The translations under genes were made by a program, and so were the position numbers. Below are positions 16,501-25,425 of a stretch of DNA of 37,495 nucleotides, in pieces. Source of the DNA: an uncultured Actinomycetota bacterium (GTDB lineage Bacteria; Actinomycetota; Humimicrobiia; Humimicrobiales; Humimicrobiaceae); the NCBI GenBank assembly GCA_964528815.1, contig CAZGTW010000006.1, positions 1 through 37,495 on the forward strand, in the 5' to 3' direction. The notes beneath the pieces were generated by a model that worked only from the letters and a program-made list of their open reading frames with translations, searched no databases and was not told the DNA's origin. Numbering within the stretch: position 1 is the first letter of the stretch; every line of letters begins with the position of its first letter.

Positions 16501-17454
16501 TTAATGAATATAAGTAGAGAAAATGGTCCTGAATTGGCCGTAGCTTATTCCTGCTTCACCTATCTCTCTTGGATTGGCTGCCCCCTTTTTTGCATCATTA
16601 TGATAATCAGAACCGCCGGTAAAAAATCTGATGCGGCCCCTGTAGCGGTCTTCCACCTCTTTTTGTATTTGTTCATTTGTAAGGCTGCCCTTATATGTTG
16701 TCTTGCTGTAAGTATAGCAGGACTCAATACCATCAAGGCCGGAAACAATAAGCTTTTCTATATAATCCGTCCTGCTGCCTGCTTTAATATCTTGTGAGGC
16801 CAGTGACTCATCAATAAGATAGGGGTGGGCAAGCACAGCCAGGCCCCCGCATTTTTTTATTATTTCTATAGCTCTAAGCGGGTTGATTTTTCTTCTCTTG
16901 ACATTGAGGCCGGGATCGTCTCTTACAAAAAGCTTTGCTTTTTCCCATGAGGGAAAATAGCCCCTGGCTGCCAGCAGTTCAAAAATATGTTTTCGCTGTA
17001 CTTCATCCGGTGTCCTTTTTTTCAGGTTTCCTTTACTATCCCGGAAATTAAGTATTTCTTTTTCATAATCTATTTCCAGGCCCCTTTCTGTCAAAAGCAT
17101 GCACAATTCCTTATATGCGCCGGACTTCGATTCTTTTGCAAATTCCTGTGCGGAAACAACAGAAGCAGCGCTCCAGTCAAGCTCATAGCCTATTATGTGA
17201 ACATCATCAACGTTGCTGTCACAGGAAAATTCATAACCAAAGACAAGCCCAAGCCCTTTTTTACAGGCTGTTTTTTTTAATTTATCAGGACTTTCAGGGC
17301 AAATGTCATGATCCACCATGGCAATAGCCCTCATCCCTGCATTTGCAGCTTTTGTGATAAGTTCTCCGGGGGCATCATTGCCATCGGAGCGGGTTGAATG
17401 GCAGTGAAGGTCGACCTCATACAAAGGCTTACAGGCATTATGCTGCGAATGCAT
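16501..17454 (-). CDS. PHP-domain phosphoesterase (TrpH/YciV-like)
   Basis: VDLHCHSTRSDGNDAPGELITKAANAGMRAIAMVDHD is the PHP motif pattern. I chose the ATG at 17452-17454 (MHSQHNA...), which sits one nucleotide past the upstream aldolase stop codon (17456-17458). The track start at 17508 would overlap that gene by 53 nt. Confidence 0.85.
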   Translation of the reverse strand: MHSQHNACKPLYEVDLHCHSTRSDGNDAPGELITKAANAGMRAIAMVDHDICPESPDKLKKTACKKGLGLVFGYEFSCDSNVDDVHIIGYELDWSAASVVSAQEFAKESKSGAYKELCMLLTERGLEIDYEKEILNFRDSKGNLKKRTPDEVQRKHIFELLAARGYFPSWEKAKLFVRDDPGLNVKRRKINPLRAIEIIKKCGGLAVLAHPYLIDESLASQDIKAGSRTDYIEKLIVSGLDGIESCYTYSKTTYKGSLTNEQIQKEVEDRYRGRIRFFTGGSDYHNDAKKGAANPREIGEAGISYGQFRTIFSTYIH

Positions 17455-17455
17455 C

Positions 17456-18316
17456 TTAAATCTTTGCCTTTCCTGAGCTTTTAAATATATCCATGTATTT
17501 TTCGACAAGTTCTTTTACCCTGTCTTTTACATAACTGATTTTTTTTACGGGCTCATACTCATCAGGATGCTGGTCAATATATTTTTTACAGCTGTCTATA
17601 TAAACATGCTTGATCTCAGTTGATATATTCATTTTTGAAGGACCGAATGAAATCAGCCTTGCAAGGTCCTTTTCAGCGAGCCCGGAACAGCCATGTATTA
17701 CAATAGGGAAATCAGTGACATCCATTATCCTTCCGAGCCTGTTAAAATCCAGCTCATAATGTGAATCATAAAATCCATGCTTTGTGCCAATGGCAACTGC
17801 CAGAGAATCAATGCCTGTCTTTTGTGCAAAATCATTTACTTTATCCGGGTCGGTTAAAAGGATGCTTTTCTCATCTACATTTATATGTTCTTCCTTGCCT
17901 CCTATATGCCCGAGCTCACCTTCTACAGTAACACCCTTTTTATGCGCAGCATCAACTACTCTTTTTGTAATTTCAATGTTTTTTTCATAAGGATAAGAAG
18001 AGCCGTCAACCATTACCGAGCTCCAGCCTGATTTTATGCAATTGTCTATGATATCCGGGTCGGTACCGTGGTCAAGTATCATTGCGACCGGGACCCCTGA
18101 CTGCTCAGCAAGCTCTTTTATTACAGCAGGAAGGATATTATAACCCATTTCCACAACTGTCTTCTGGGAAGTCTGCACGATTACCGGTGAGTTTTTTTTA
18201 CTTGCCGCTTCAATAACAGCAACAAGGGAAGTGTGGTTTACTATATTAAAACCCCCGACTACATATTTGCCCTCCCTGGCACTTATTAACATTTCTTTTG
18301 TATTTACATAAGGCAT
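17456..18316 (-). CDS. Class II fructose/tagatose-bisphosphate aldolase family protein
   Basis: 286 aa: YVVGGFNIVNHTSLVAVIEAASKKNSPVIVQTS, ILDHG, GELGHIGG, AIGTKHGFY and IVIHGCSG. It ends with the family-typical FKSSGKA. Confidence 0.9.
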   Translation of the reverse strand: MPYVNTKEMLISAREGKYVVGGFNIVNHTSLVAVIEAASKKNSPVIVQTSQKTVVEMGYNILPAVIKELAEQSGVPVAMILDHGTDPDIIDNCIKSGWSSVMVDGSSYPYEKNIEITKRVVDAAHKKGVTVEGELGHIGGKEEHINVDEKSILLTDPDKVNDFAQKTGIDSLAVAIGTKHGFYDSHYELDFNRLGRIMDVTDFPIVIHGCSGLAEKDLARLISFGPSKMNISTEIKHVYIDSCKKYIDQHPDEYEPVKKISYVKDRVKELVEKYMDIFKSSGKAKI

Positions 18317-18672
18317 TTTGCTCTCCTGTCAAAATTTTATGCTTGTTTGAAATTATTATCTTTATAAGCAATTATAAGAGCAAATTCTATTAATTGCAAG
18401 ATATTGCATTACTGCAATTTTATTGAAGATAAATTATTGATTAATTAATGATTTTGTTAAAAAAACTATCTTTTAATACTATTAAATACTATTTAAACAT
18501 CCTTATTTTATCTGCAGCCTGCAGGAGTATAATATTAAATAAAATTTTCTGAAAGTTTTTAATTAAAGGGCTGCATATAATCTATATGGACGGGTTTTCC
18601 ACAGGTTTGGCTGTTTATTGGCATTAGGTTCTTTATCATCATTATAGAAAAAATAAAAAGAAGGAGGGGGCT

Positions 18673-20049
18673 TTGTCGTACTTCAGGTTCCAGGAGAGAA
18701 ACACCAATGTCAGGCGGGAAATTGTTGCAGGCGTAACAACATTTATGACCATGGCGTACATAATATTTGTCAATCCTGCAATACTTTCAAGCGGCGGTGC
18801 AACAGGGATACCTTTTGAGGCAGCAGTTGTTTCAACCTGCCTCGGTGCGGGTATCATGAGCATCATAATGGGTCTTGTGTCGAACACCCCGTTTGCACTT
18901 GCTTCGGGAATGGGGATAAATGCCGTGGTTACGTTTACCATAATACTGGTGCTCGGAATGACATGGCAGCAGGCCATGGGAATTGTTGTAATAGAGGGGC
19001 TGCTTGTTGTAATAATGGTTCTTACAAAACTTCGGGTAATATTGATGAACGCTATACCAATGGGGCTTAAATATGCAATTGGCGTAGGCATTGGACTTTT
19101 CATTGCATTTATTGGCGCCCAGGAGGCAGGCTTTGTTGCGGTAGATTCTGTAACTGCAGTCAAACTGGGAGATTTTACTGCACACTATACGCTACTTGCT
19201 GCTTTCGGGCTGGTTCTCACAATAATACTTATTGCTTATAAGGTCCGTGGAGGAATCCTGATAGGAATTGCAGGGACTACGGCAATAGGCATGATTTTTA
19301 AAGTTATACCACTGCCGGCCAGGATAGTCAGCCTTCCCACAGCGGCAAGCTTCTCGACTTTCTTTAAAGCAGATATTCCGGGCGCAGTATGGAGCAACGG
19401 GATGTTAAACGTTGCGGCAATAATAATGATTTTTGCCCTTTTTATGACAGATTTCTTTGACACAATGGGAACAGTTATAGGGGTCGGTGAGGAAGCCGGA
19501 CTGCTTGATTCAAAGGGAAGGCTCAAGAATTTAAACAGGGTACTGCTTGTAGACTCAGGCGCAGCAGTGGTAGGCGGCCTGTTTGGCGCAAGCTCAATTA
19601 CCACATACATAGAAAGCGCATCAGGCGTTTCAGAAGGGGGCAGAACGGGCCTTATGCCGACAACAACCGGCGTGCTCTTCCTGCTTTCAATTTTCTTTGC
19701 CCCGCTTATTGCGGTAGTGGGAGGCGGTGTACAGATAGCAGAAGGAGTCTATAAATATCCCGTGACTGCGCCGGCTCTAATAGTTGTCGGATTCTTAATG
19801 ATGAGCGTCATATCAAAAATAGACTTCAGGGATTACGAGATCGGCATTCCTGCTTTCCTGACAATAATAATTATGCCGTTTACATATAATATATCGTATG
19901 GCATAGGATTCGGTTTCATAAGCTATACGCTTATAAAACTTTTCAGGGGAAGGTTCAGGCAGCTGCACCCGCTCATGATAGTTGCAAGTGTCTTGTTTGC
20001 AGTGGCCTTTATTGCACAGGCTCTTGCTTCAAAATTCATGGGTAAGTAA
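18673..20049 (+). CDS. NCS2 family purine permease (adenine/guanine/hypoxanthine, AzgA/PbuG-like)
   Basis: 458 aa, polytopic. The N-terminus FRFQERNTNVRREIVAGVTTFMTMAYIIFVNPAIL is characteristic. TTG start 5 nt after AAGGAGGGGG. Confidence 0.9.
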   Translation: MSYFRFQERNTNVRREIVAGVTTFMTMAYIIFVNPAILSSGGATGIPFEAAVVSTCLGAGIMSIIMGLVSNTPFALASGMGINAVVTFTIILVLGMTWQQAMGIVVIEGLLVVIMVLTKLRVILMNAIPMGLKYAIGVGIGLFIAFIGAQEAGFVAVDSVTAVKLGDFTAHYTLLAAFGLVLTIILIAYKVRGGILIGIAGTTAIGMIFKVIPLPARIVSLPTAASFSTFFKADIPGAVWSNGMLNVAAIIMIFALFMTDFFDTMGTVIGVGEEAGLLDSKGRLKNLNRVLLVDSGAAVVGGLFGASSITTYIESASGVSEGGRTGLMPTTTGVLFLLSIFFAPLIAVVGGGVQIAEGVYKYPVTAPALIVVGFLMMSVISKIDFRDYEIGIPAFLTIIIMPFTYNISYGIGFGFISYTLIKLFRGRFRQLHPLMIVASVLFAVAFIAQALASKFMGK

Positions 20050-20088
20050 GCTATATTAAAGCAGGAAGTTTTTAAAAAAAGGGGGTAT

Positions 20089-21078
20089 ATGGAACATACA
20101 ACCAGCAGTAAAATTACAGATATAATCAGGCATAGAAAATCAGTCAGGAATTATTCTTCAGCCGGCATTACAAAAGATGCAATGGAAGAGATTAAAGGAT
20201 TTTTAAAAAAAGATTTCAGGCTGCCATTTAAGACAACCCCGAGGTTTGAATTTATTGATTCCGGGGAGCTGGACAGGCAGGAGCTAAAAAAGCTTGGCAC
20301 ATACGGCATTATTAATGGTGCAAAGTATTTCATTGCAGGCATAGCAAAGAAAGTCCCTCAGGAGTATGCCCTGAAAGATACCACTCAAGACATACAGGGG
20401 CCAAAACCTGCTGCAGGAACTGAAAACCTTGTCGATCTGGGATTTGCATTTGAAGAAATTATACTTAAGCTGACCTCCATGGGGTTTGGAACATGCTGGC
20501 TTGGAGGCACTTTCAACAGGGCGGGCTTTGAAAGCAGGGCAAACTTATCTGAAGGCGAAGTCCTTGCTGCTGTTTCACCATTTGGCTATAAAAACGATAG
20601 AAGGTCTTTAATGGATTCTGTAATAAGAGGTATTGCAGGTTCAAAAAACAGGAAACCCCGGGAGATGCTGTTTTTTGAAAATGATTTTAGCAACCCTGCC
20701 AGTGAAAGTGGAAGCGGTGATTATAACATCCCGCTTGAAATGGTAAGGGCTGCACCTTCGGCGTCAAATAAACAGCCCTGGCGCATAGTTCTGGAAAAAG
20801 AAAGAAGCCCGGATACGGGCCCGGACAAAAAACAGGGGATGAAGGTAAAAAGCTGCCACTTCTTTCTTTCCAGGACACCTAATTATGCAAAAATACCTTT
20901 CATGCCTGACCTTCAGATGGTTGATATTGGGATAGCAATGTGCCATTTTGCGCTTACCTGCGCCGAATCGGGCATTAAAGGAAGATGGGAAAAAGTGCAA
21001 AACAAAATTACAGATAAAATAGCTCAATCATACAGATCAAATGAAGAACTGGTATATGTCAACAGCTGGCAGCATTAA
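20089..21078 (+). CDS. Nitroreductase-fold protein (TM1586-like) with insertions
   Basis: IIRHRKSVRNYS at the N-terminus, GFGTCWLGGTFNRAGF, and APSASNKQPWR. At 329 aa it is longer than classical nitroreductases. Confidence 0.75.
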   Translation: MEHTTSSKITDIIRHRKSVRNYSSAGITKDAMEEIKGFLKKDFRLPFKTTPRFEFIDSGELDRQELKKLGTYGIINGAKYFIAGIAKKVPQEYALKDTTQDIQGPKPAAGTENLVDLGFAFEEIILKLTSMGFGTCWLGGTFNRAGFESRANLSEGEVLAAVSPFGYKNDRRSLMDSVIRGIAGSKNRKPREMLFFENDFSNPASESGSGDYNIPLEMVRAAPSASNKQPWRIVLEKERSPDTGPDKKQGMKVKSCHFFLSRTPNYAKIPFMPDLQMVDIGIAMCHFALTCAESGIKGRWEKVQNKITDKIAQSYRSNEELVYVNSWQH

Positions 21079-21121
21079 TTAAAGCCTGATTTTTTCTGTT
21101 TCCTTATATAATAAAAAGAAT

Positions 21122-22144
21122 TTATCTTGCCGGGTTGCTTTTTATGCTTGAAATAACTTCTTTTGTAATTTCATTTACAAGGTCGCTGTAAAGAACCGTT
21201 TTTGCGCCGGAGCTGAATTTAGGATCCGTAAAACCGCATGTCCTGTCAGAGCATGATATGCATAAAGTTTTGTCGGGCGTACACATATTTTTGCTGCCGA
21301 AAACTTCAAGCCTGCCCATAACTATTTTCTTTACTTCTTCAAAACCCCTGTTAATAACATCCGGAAGGCTCGTTACCTCAGGTTTATCAGTAAGATACTG
21401 CCTTATCCTGGAGACCCCCGCAGCAGACATCTCAGTGTAGAAATTTATCTTGCAAACCCCGAGGCTTACTGCTTTTCTGAAGCCATCATCCGGAATGCCT
21501 GAGCCGCCATGCAGCACAAGAGGTATGTTTACGGCCGCTCTTATTTGTGCAAGGCGCTCGAAATCAAGGTTTGGTTCCCCTTTGTAAAATCCATGGACAT
21601 TTCCTATGGCAATTGCCAGCGCATCAATATCAGTCTCTCTGGCAAACTTTACAGCTTCATCCACCCTGGTAAATGTTTCCTTGCTCGCAGAGTGTGCAGT
21701 CGGGGCAGTTTCACCGATTGCTTCTCCGCCCACATGCCCTATTTCAGCTTCTACGCTTACATTTACTGACCTTGCTACTTTTACCACTTCTCTGGTCAGC
21801 GCAATATTTTCGTCAAGCGGGTGTGCGCTTCCGTCTATCATTACAGAGGTAAACCCCGCCCTGATTGCGCGTACGACGGTTTGCAGGCTTACCCCATGAT
21901 CAAGATGAAAACACACAGGTATGTCCACTTTTTTTGCAGCACTGATAATTACAGGCGCTATTTCTTCAAGGTTAACATATCTTAAATGAACCTCTGCTAC
22001 CTGCAGTATCACCGGGGAACGCTGCTCGACAGCAGCATCGATAACTGTGTCGATAAAACCCAGGTTTGTTACATTAAAAGCGCCAACTGCATATTTATTT
22101 TCCTGTGCGTGCTTTAAAAGGTCCTTAAGGTTTATTAGAGCCAT
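21122..22144 (-). CDS. Class II ketose-bisphosphate aldolase paralogue with approx. 55-aa Cys-rich C-terminal extension
   Basis: YAVGAFNVTNLGFIDTVIDAAVEQRSPVILQVAE, HLDHG, AEIGHVGG, AIGNVHGFY and LVLHGGSG. After the usual end (VFGSKN) it continues MCTPDKTLCISCSDRTCGF... Confidence 0.88.
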   Translation of the reverse strand: MALINLKDLLKHAQENKYAVGAFNVTNLGFIDTVIDAAVEQRSPVILQVAEVHLRYVNLEEIAPVIISAAKKVDIPVCFHLDHGVSLQTVVRAIRAGFTSVMIDGSAHPLDENIALTREVVKVARSVNVSVEAEIGHVGGEAIGETAPTAHSASKETFTRVDEAVKFARETDIDALAIAIGNVHGFYKGEPNLDFERLAQIRAAVNIPLVLHGGSGIPDDGFRKAVSLGVCKINFYTEMSAAGVSRIRQYLTDKPEVTSLPDVINRGFEEVKKIVMGRLEVFGSKNMCTPDKTLCISCSDRTCGFTDPKFSSGAKTVLYSDLVNEITKEVISSIKSNPAR

Positions 22145-22284
22145 TTTTTTTCCTTTTTAATTATAAAAATAATGAAATCTTTAATGGATTTTATATTATT
22201 TTACCGGTTTTTTACATAATTATTTTGCTGCCCAGATTTTATAAACCTTAACAGCGGCCGGGAAATGCAACCGGGCTGCAAATG

Positions 22285-22515
22285 CTATTCATCCTCTGTC
22301 TCAAACTCAAGAGCATCAAGCAGTTCTTTTGCAGACGCGAAATCTTTTTTATTTACCATAAGGGAAACCCCATATACAAGATCCTGTGCAGGATACATGT
22401 TTCCTGCATCATCTGCAAATATAAAAGATTCTATACCGTTTGTCTGCAGAAAGCCTTTAGCGATTTCCGCTTCAATCTTTGAAGTGAATATTTTTAATTT
22501 TTTTAAATTTTCCAT
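22285..22515 (-). CDS. DUF2007-like small protein (putative signal-transducing fold)
   Basis: MENLKKLKIFTSKIEAEIAKGFLQTNGIESFIFADDAG...VSLMVNKKDFASAKELL fits the DUF2007 pattern. The track start is a GTG at 22539; the ATG at 22515 gives the usual N-terminus. The start is uncertain. Confidence 0.6.
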   Translation of the reverse strand: MENLKKLKIFTSKIEAEIAKGFLQTNGIESFIFADDAGNMYPAQDLVYGVSLMVNKKDFASAKELLDALEFETEDE

Positions 22516-22614
22516 GTAATTTATGATATCATACTCCACAAGTTTTATCTGTCTGTCTTTTCAAAAAAACAGGAACGGCTTATTAAAAATTAAACATTCT
22601 GTTATTATTTAAAA

Positions 22615-23823
22615 ATGGATAATATTTACAGATTTTCACTACCTGATAAAAAAGCGGAGAAAGGCCCGAGCAGCAATTGCCGTATAGCCAGGCTCTGCCC
22701 AAAAAAACCTGCTGCAGTAATACCGATTATACTGTCGTTATTGCTTATTGCAGTATTTTCTGTATTTTTTCTTGCCGGATGCAATGAAGGCGCGGGGCTG
22801 ATTGCGGGCGGTACAGATAAACAGATGTCCGGGAAGGCTGAAAACACGGAGAATAGCGGCACCGGCAGTAATGCCCAACAGGGTCCGGACACATCAGCAA
22901 TAGATGGCGCAGCAGATAATGCAGGCAGCGACACAGGAAAAAGCGGGGACCAGGGCAGCAGCCAGGCCCAGGACCGGATTTTGACTAATGAGACCGGCGG
23001 CAAAGATATTGCTGAAAACGATACAGCTAATGCAGGTAAAACTGATAACAGCGCTAATGTTTCAGGAAAGCAAAATGAAGATTCACCGGAAGGTGAAGAG
23101 TTAAAAATCGTGCCCGCCCCGCCGGTAATCAACCTTCATATAATAATGGGCCCTGAATATGCACAGGATAACCAGGTATGTTTTTACAGAATAATGGCAG
23201 ACATTTCCGGCCAGCCCTTCCCGGTTTTCAGTTTTTCAAAAGATGACAGCAATGGGGCATGGGGGCCCAATATTGCCCAGGTAAATCTTTTAAGGGATGA
23301 GACATTTACTCTGAGGTGTGAAGCATCTAATTCTCAGGGAACTGCTGCATCAGAAATAACCCTTGCCTGGGTCGAAAACCCGCAAGGCAATCAGGACGGC
23401 GGAATCGGGGAACTTTCTCCCGAAATAATTGTCGACTATGCTGACTCTGCAAATTTTCTTGTAGATGTCAATTTGACTGTACAGCAGGTTACGGTTTTAT
23501 ATAAGGGTGTAATAATTAAGACAATGCCATGTTCAGGGGGCAAACCTGAGACCCCGACACCACTTGGCAACTATACTACAAACCAGAAAATCTATTATGC
23601 CTGGATACCAAAATTTGCACAGGGCGCATTCTACTGGACCAGGTTCTACGGGCCGTATCTTTTCCACAGTGTACCTTATGATGCAGGCGGCAATATGATG
23701 GCTGATGAGCTGGGCAAAATGGGCTCCCCTGCCAGCCACGGATGTGTCAGGCTGCTTCTTGAAGATGCAAAATGGTTTTATGAGACACTGCCGCTGGGAA
23801 TTAAAGTCAGCATCCATAACTGA
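22615..23823 (+). CDS. L,D-transpeptidase (YkuD domain) lipoprotein with long low-complexity linker
   Basis: Lipobox FFLAGC, an approx. 110-aa G/S/D/N/A/Q-rich region, and a C-terminal YkuD catalytic motif SPASHGCVRLLLEDAKWFYE. Confidence 0.88.
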   Translation: MDNIYRFSLPDKKAEKGPSSNCRIARLCPKKPAAVIPIILSLLLIAVFSVFFLAGCNEGAGLIAGGTDKQMSGKAENTENSGTGSNAQQGPDTSAIDGAADNAGSDTGKSGDQGSSQAQDRILTNETGGKDIAENDTANAGKTDNSANVSGKQNEDSPEGEELKIVPAPPVINLHIIMGPEYAQDNQVCFYRIMADISGQPFPVFSFSKDDSNGAWGPNIAQVNLLRDETFTLRCEASNSQGTAASEITLAWVENPQGNQDGGIGELSPEIIVDYADSANFLVDVNLTVQQVTVLYKGVIIKTMPCSGGKPETPTPLGNYTTNQKIYYAWIPKFAQGAFYWTRFYGPYLFHSVPYDAGGNMMADELGKMGSPASHGCVRLLLEDAKWFYETLPLGIKVSIHN

Positions 23824-23925
23824 TGTAATTCTTTTAAAATACAGACTATGGTTTAAGCCTCAAATAATTGACAAATGGCACAAAACAGAATGTGTTTAGA
23901 AAATAATTTTTAATAGAAAACCCCT

Positions 23926-25425
23926 ATGCTTTTTAAACAGGAACACATTGGAATAATTGACCTTGGCACAACTTCAGTCAGGTTTATTATTTTTGACACA
24001 GATTTTAATATTTGCTGTTCCAGGTCAAAACAGGTAAAACAGCTCTACCCGAAACCCGGCTGGGTAAATGAGGATCCGGATGAAATCTGGGATGCAACGA
24101 TACAGGTAATATCATCATGCCTCAAAGAATCAGTTCCAGGGCAATTAATCGGTATAGGCATTTGCAACCAGAGGGAATCCACAATGGTCTGGGACAAAAA
24201 AACCGGAGAAGCCCTGTCGGAACTTATTGTGTGGCAGGACCGCCGCACAGCCGGGAGGTGTGCAGAACTTAAAAATAAAATAGACCCCGCTATGATAAAT
24301 AAAAAAACGGGGCTTCTGCTTGACCCCTATTTTTCAGCAACAAAACTTGAATGGATATTGTCAACAAGACCCGAACTTAAAAAAAGAAGTACCCTTGCTT
24401 TTGGCACACTTGATTCCTGGATAATATTTAAACTTACAGGTCAGCATAAGACAGATATATCCAATGCAAGCAGGACCATGTTATTTAATATAAATGATTT
24501 TAAATGGGACGGGGAGCTGCTGGATATTTTTGGAGTCAGCAGCAATATTTTACCCCGGGTACACAACAATTACGGAAACGGGATTTTCGGCCATACTTAC
24601 AGTGATTCAGTTTTCGGGCGAAGCGTACCAGTATGTGCAGTTTTTGGCGACCAGCAGTCGGCCCTTTTTGGCCAGATGTGTTTTAATGAGGGTGACAGCA
24701 AGTCAACTTTCGGGACCGGAAGTTTTCTTATGATGAACACCGGCAGAAATAAAGTCGAAAGCAAAAATAATCTTCTTGCCACTGTCTTTTACCAGGATGA
24801 TTCCGGAAAAGTGTATTATGCGCTTGAAGGTTCCACATATAATTCCGGAAGCATATTCCAGTGGTTAAAGGAAGAGCTGGGACTTATAAAAGACTACAGC
24901 GAGATTGAAAAATTTGCACAGCAAACAGGATTCCAGGAGACACTTTTTATTGTTCCCGGTTTTACCGGGTTGGGTGCGCCTTTCTGGGACCCCTATGCAA
25001 GGGGCCTTATTATTGGAATTGAAAGATCCACAGGTAAAAGCCAGATAATAAGGGCCGCCCTTGAAGCAGCCGCTTACAGCACAATGGATGTAATGAGCGC
25101 AATGAAGCTTGACACAGGAATGGATTTTAATTTTTTAAAAATCGATGGCGGCCTTTCACGCAATAAAGTTTTTAGCAGGATACTCTCAGATATTACCGGG
25201 ACAAAGGTTATAAGGTTTTCAATGGAAGAGCTGACCTCACTTGGGGCATGTTTTGGCGCCGCACTTGGCCTGGGTCTTGTAAAAAATCCTGCTGAGTTAA
25301 AAGATAATAGAAAGGAAGAATCCTTCCTGCCGGGCATCGATAAAGAATTCCGAAGCAGGCTTTACAGCAACTGGACAATGGCAGTACAAAAATCAAGAAA
25401 CTGGATATGGGATTTAAAAAAATAA
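23926..25425 (+). CDS. glpK: Glycerol kinase GlpK
   Basis: FGGY kinase with GIIDLGTTSVRF, GIGICNQRESTMVWDKKTGE..LIVWQDRRTA, DPYFSATKLEWIL and GDQQSALFGQMCF. Confidence 0.94.
   Translation: MLFKQEHIGIIDLGTTSVRFIIFDTDFNICCSRSKQVKQLYPKPGWVNEDPDEIWDATIQVISSCLKESVPGQLIGIGICNQRESTMVWDKKTGEALSELIVWQDRRTAGRCAELKNKIDPAMINKKTGLLLDPYFSATKLEWILSTRPELKKRSTLAFGTLDSWIIFKLTGQHKTDISNASRTMLFNINDFKWDGELLDIFGVSSNILPRVHNNYGNGIFGHTYSDSVFGRSVPVCAVFGDQQSALFGQMCFNEGDSKSTFGTGSFLMMNTGRNKVESKNNLLATVFYQDDSGKVYYALEGSTYNSGSIFQWLKEELGLIKDYSEIEKFAQQTGFQETLFIVPGFTGLGAPFWDPYARGLIIGIERSTGKSQIIRAALEAAAYSTMDVMSAMKLDTGMDFNFLKIDGGLSRNKVFSRILSDITGTKVIRFSMEELTSLGACFGAALGLGLVKNPAELKDNRKEESFLPGIDKEFRSRLYSNWTMAVQKSRNWIWDLKK

Noticed and set aside
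17455-17508. Track start for the PHP gene at 17508 (an 18-codon N-terminal extension).
   Set aside because: It would overlap the aldolase 3' end by 53 nt. The ATG at 17454 sits one nucleotide past the aldolase stop codon and precedes the PHP motif at the usual distance.
18560-18650. Possible purine riboswitch in the permease leader, prompted by CAUAUAAUC, which is identical to the start of the xpt guanine aptamer.
   Set aside because: Downstream sequence lacks the P2 stem, the conserved J2/3 (GUUUCUACC) and the P3/L3 (CCGUAAAU) elements. CAUAUA-AUC-UAUAUG simply forms a small local hairpin. A covariance-model scan (RF00167) would be decisive, but by eye it is not an aptamer.
18642-19610. Minus-strand ORFs 18642-19163 (173 aa), 18832-19185 and 19236-19610.
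   Set aside because: They are antisense to the NCS2 permease gene and are hydrophobic mirror-frame artefacts.
22626-23132. 168-aa minus-strand ORF.
   Set aside because: It is antisense to the low-complexity linker of the L,D-transpeptidase. Its repetitive S/P/A/L composition mirrors that linker.
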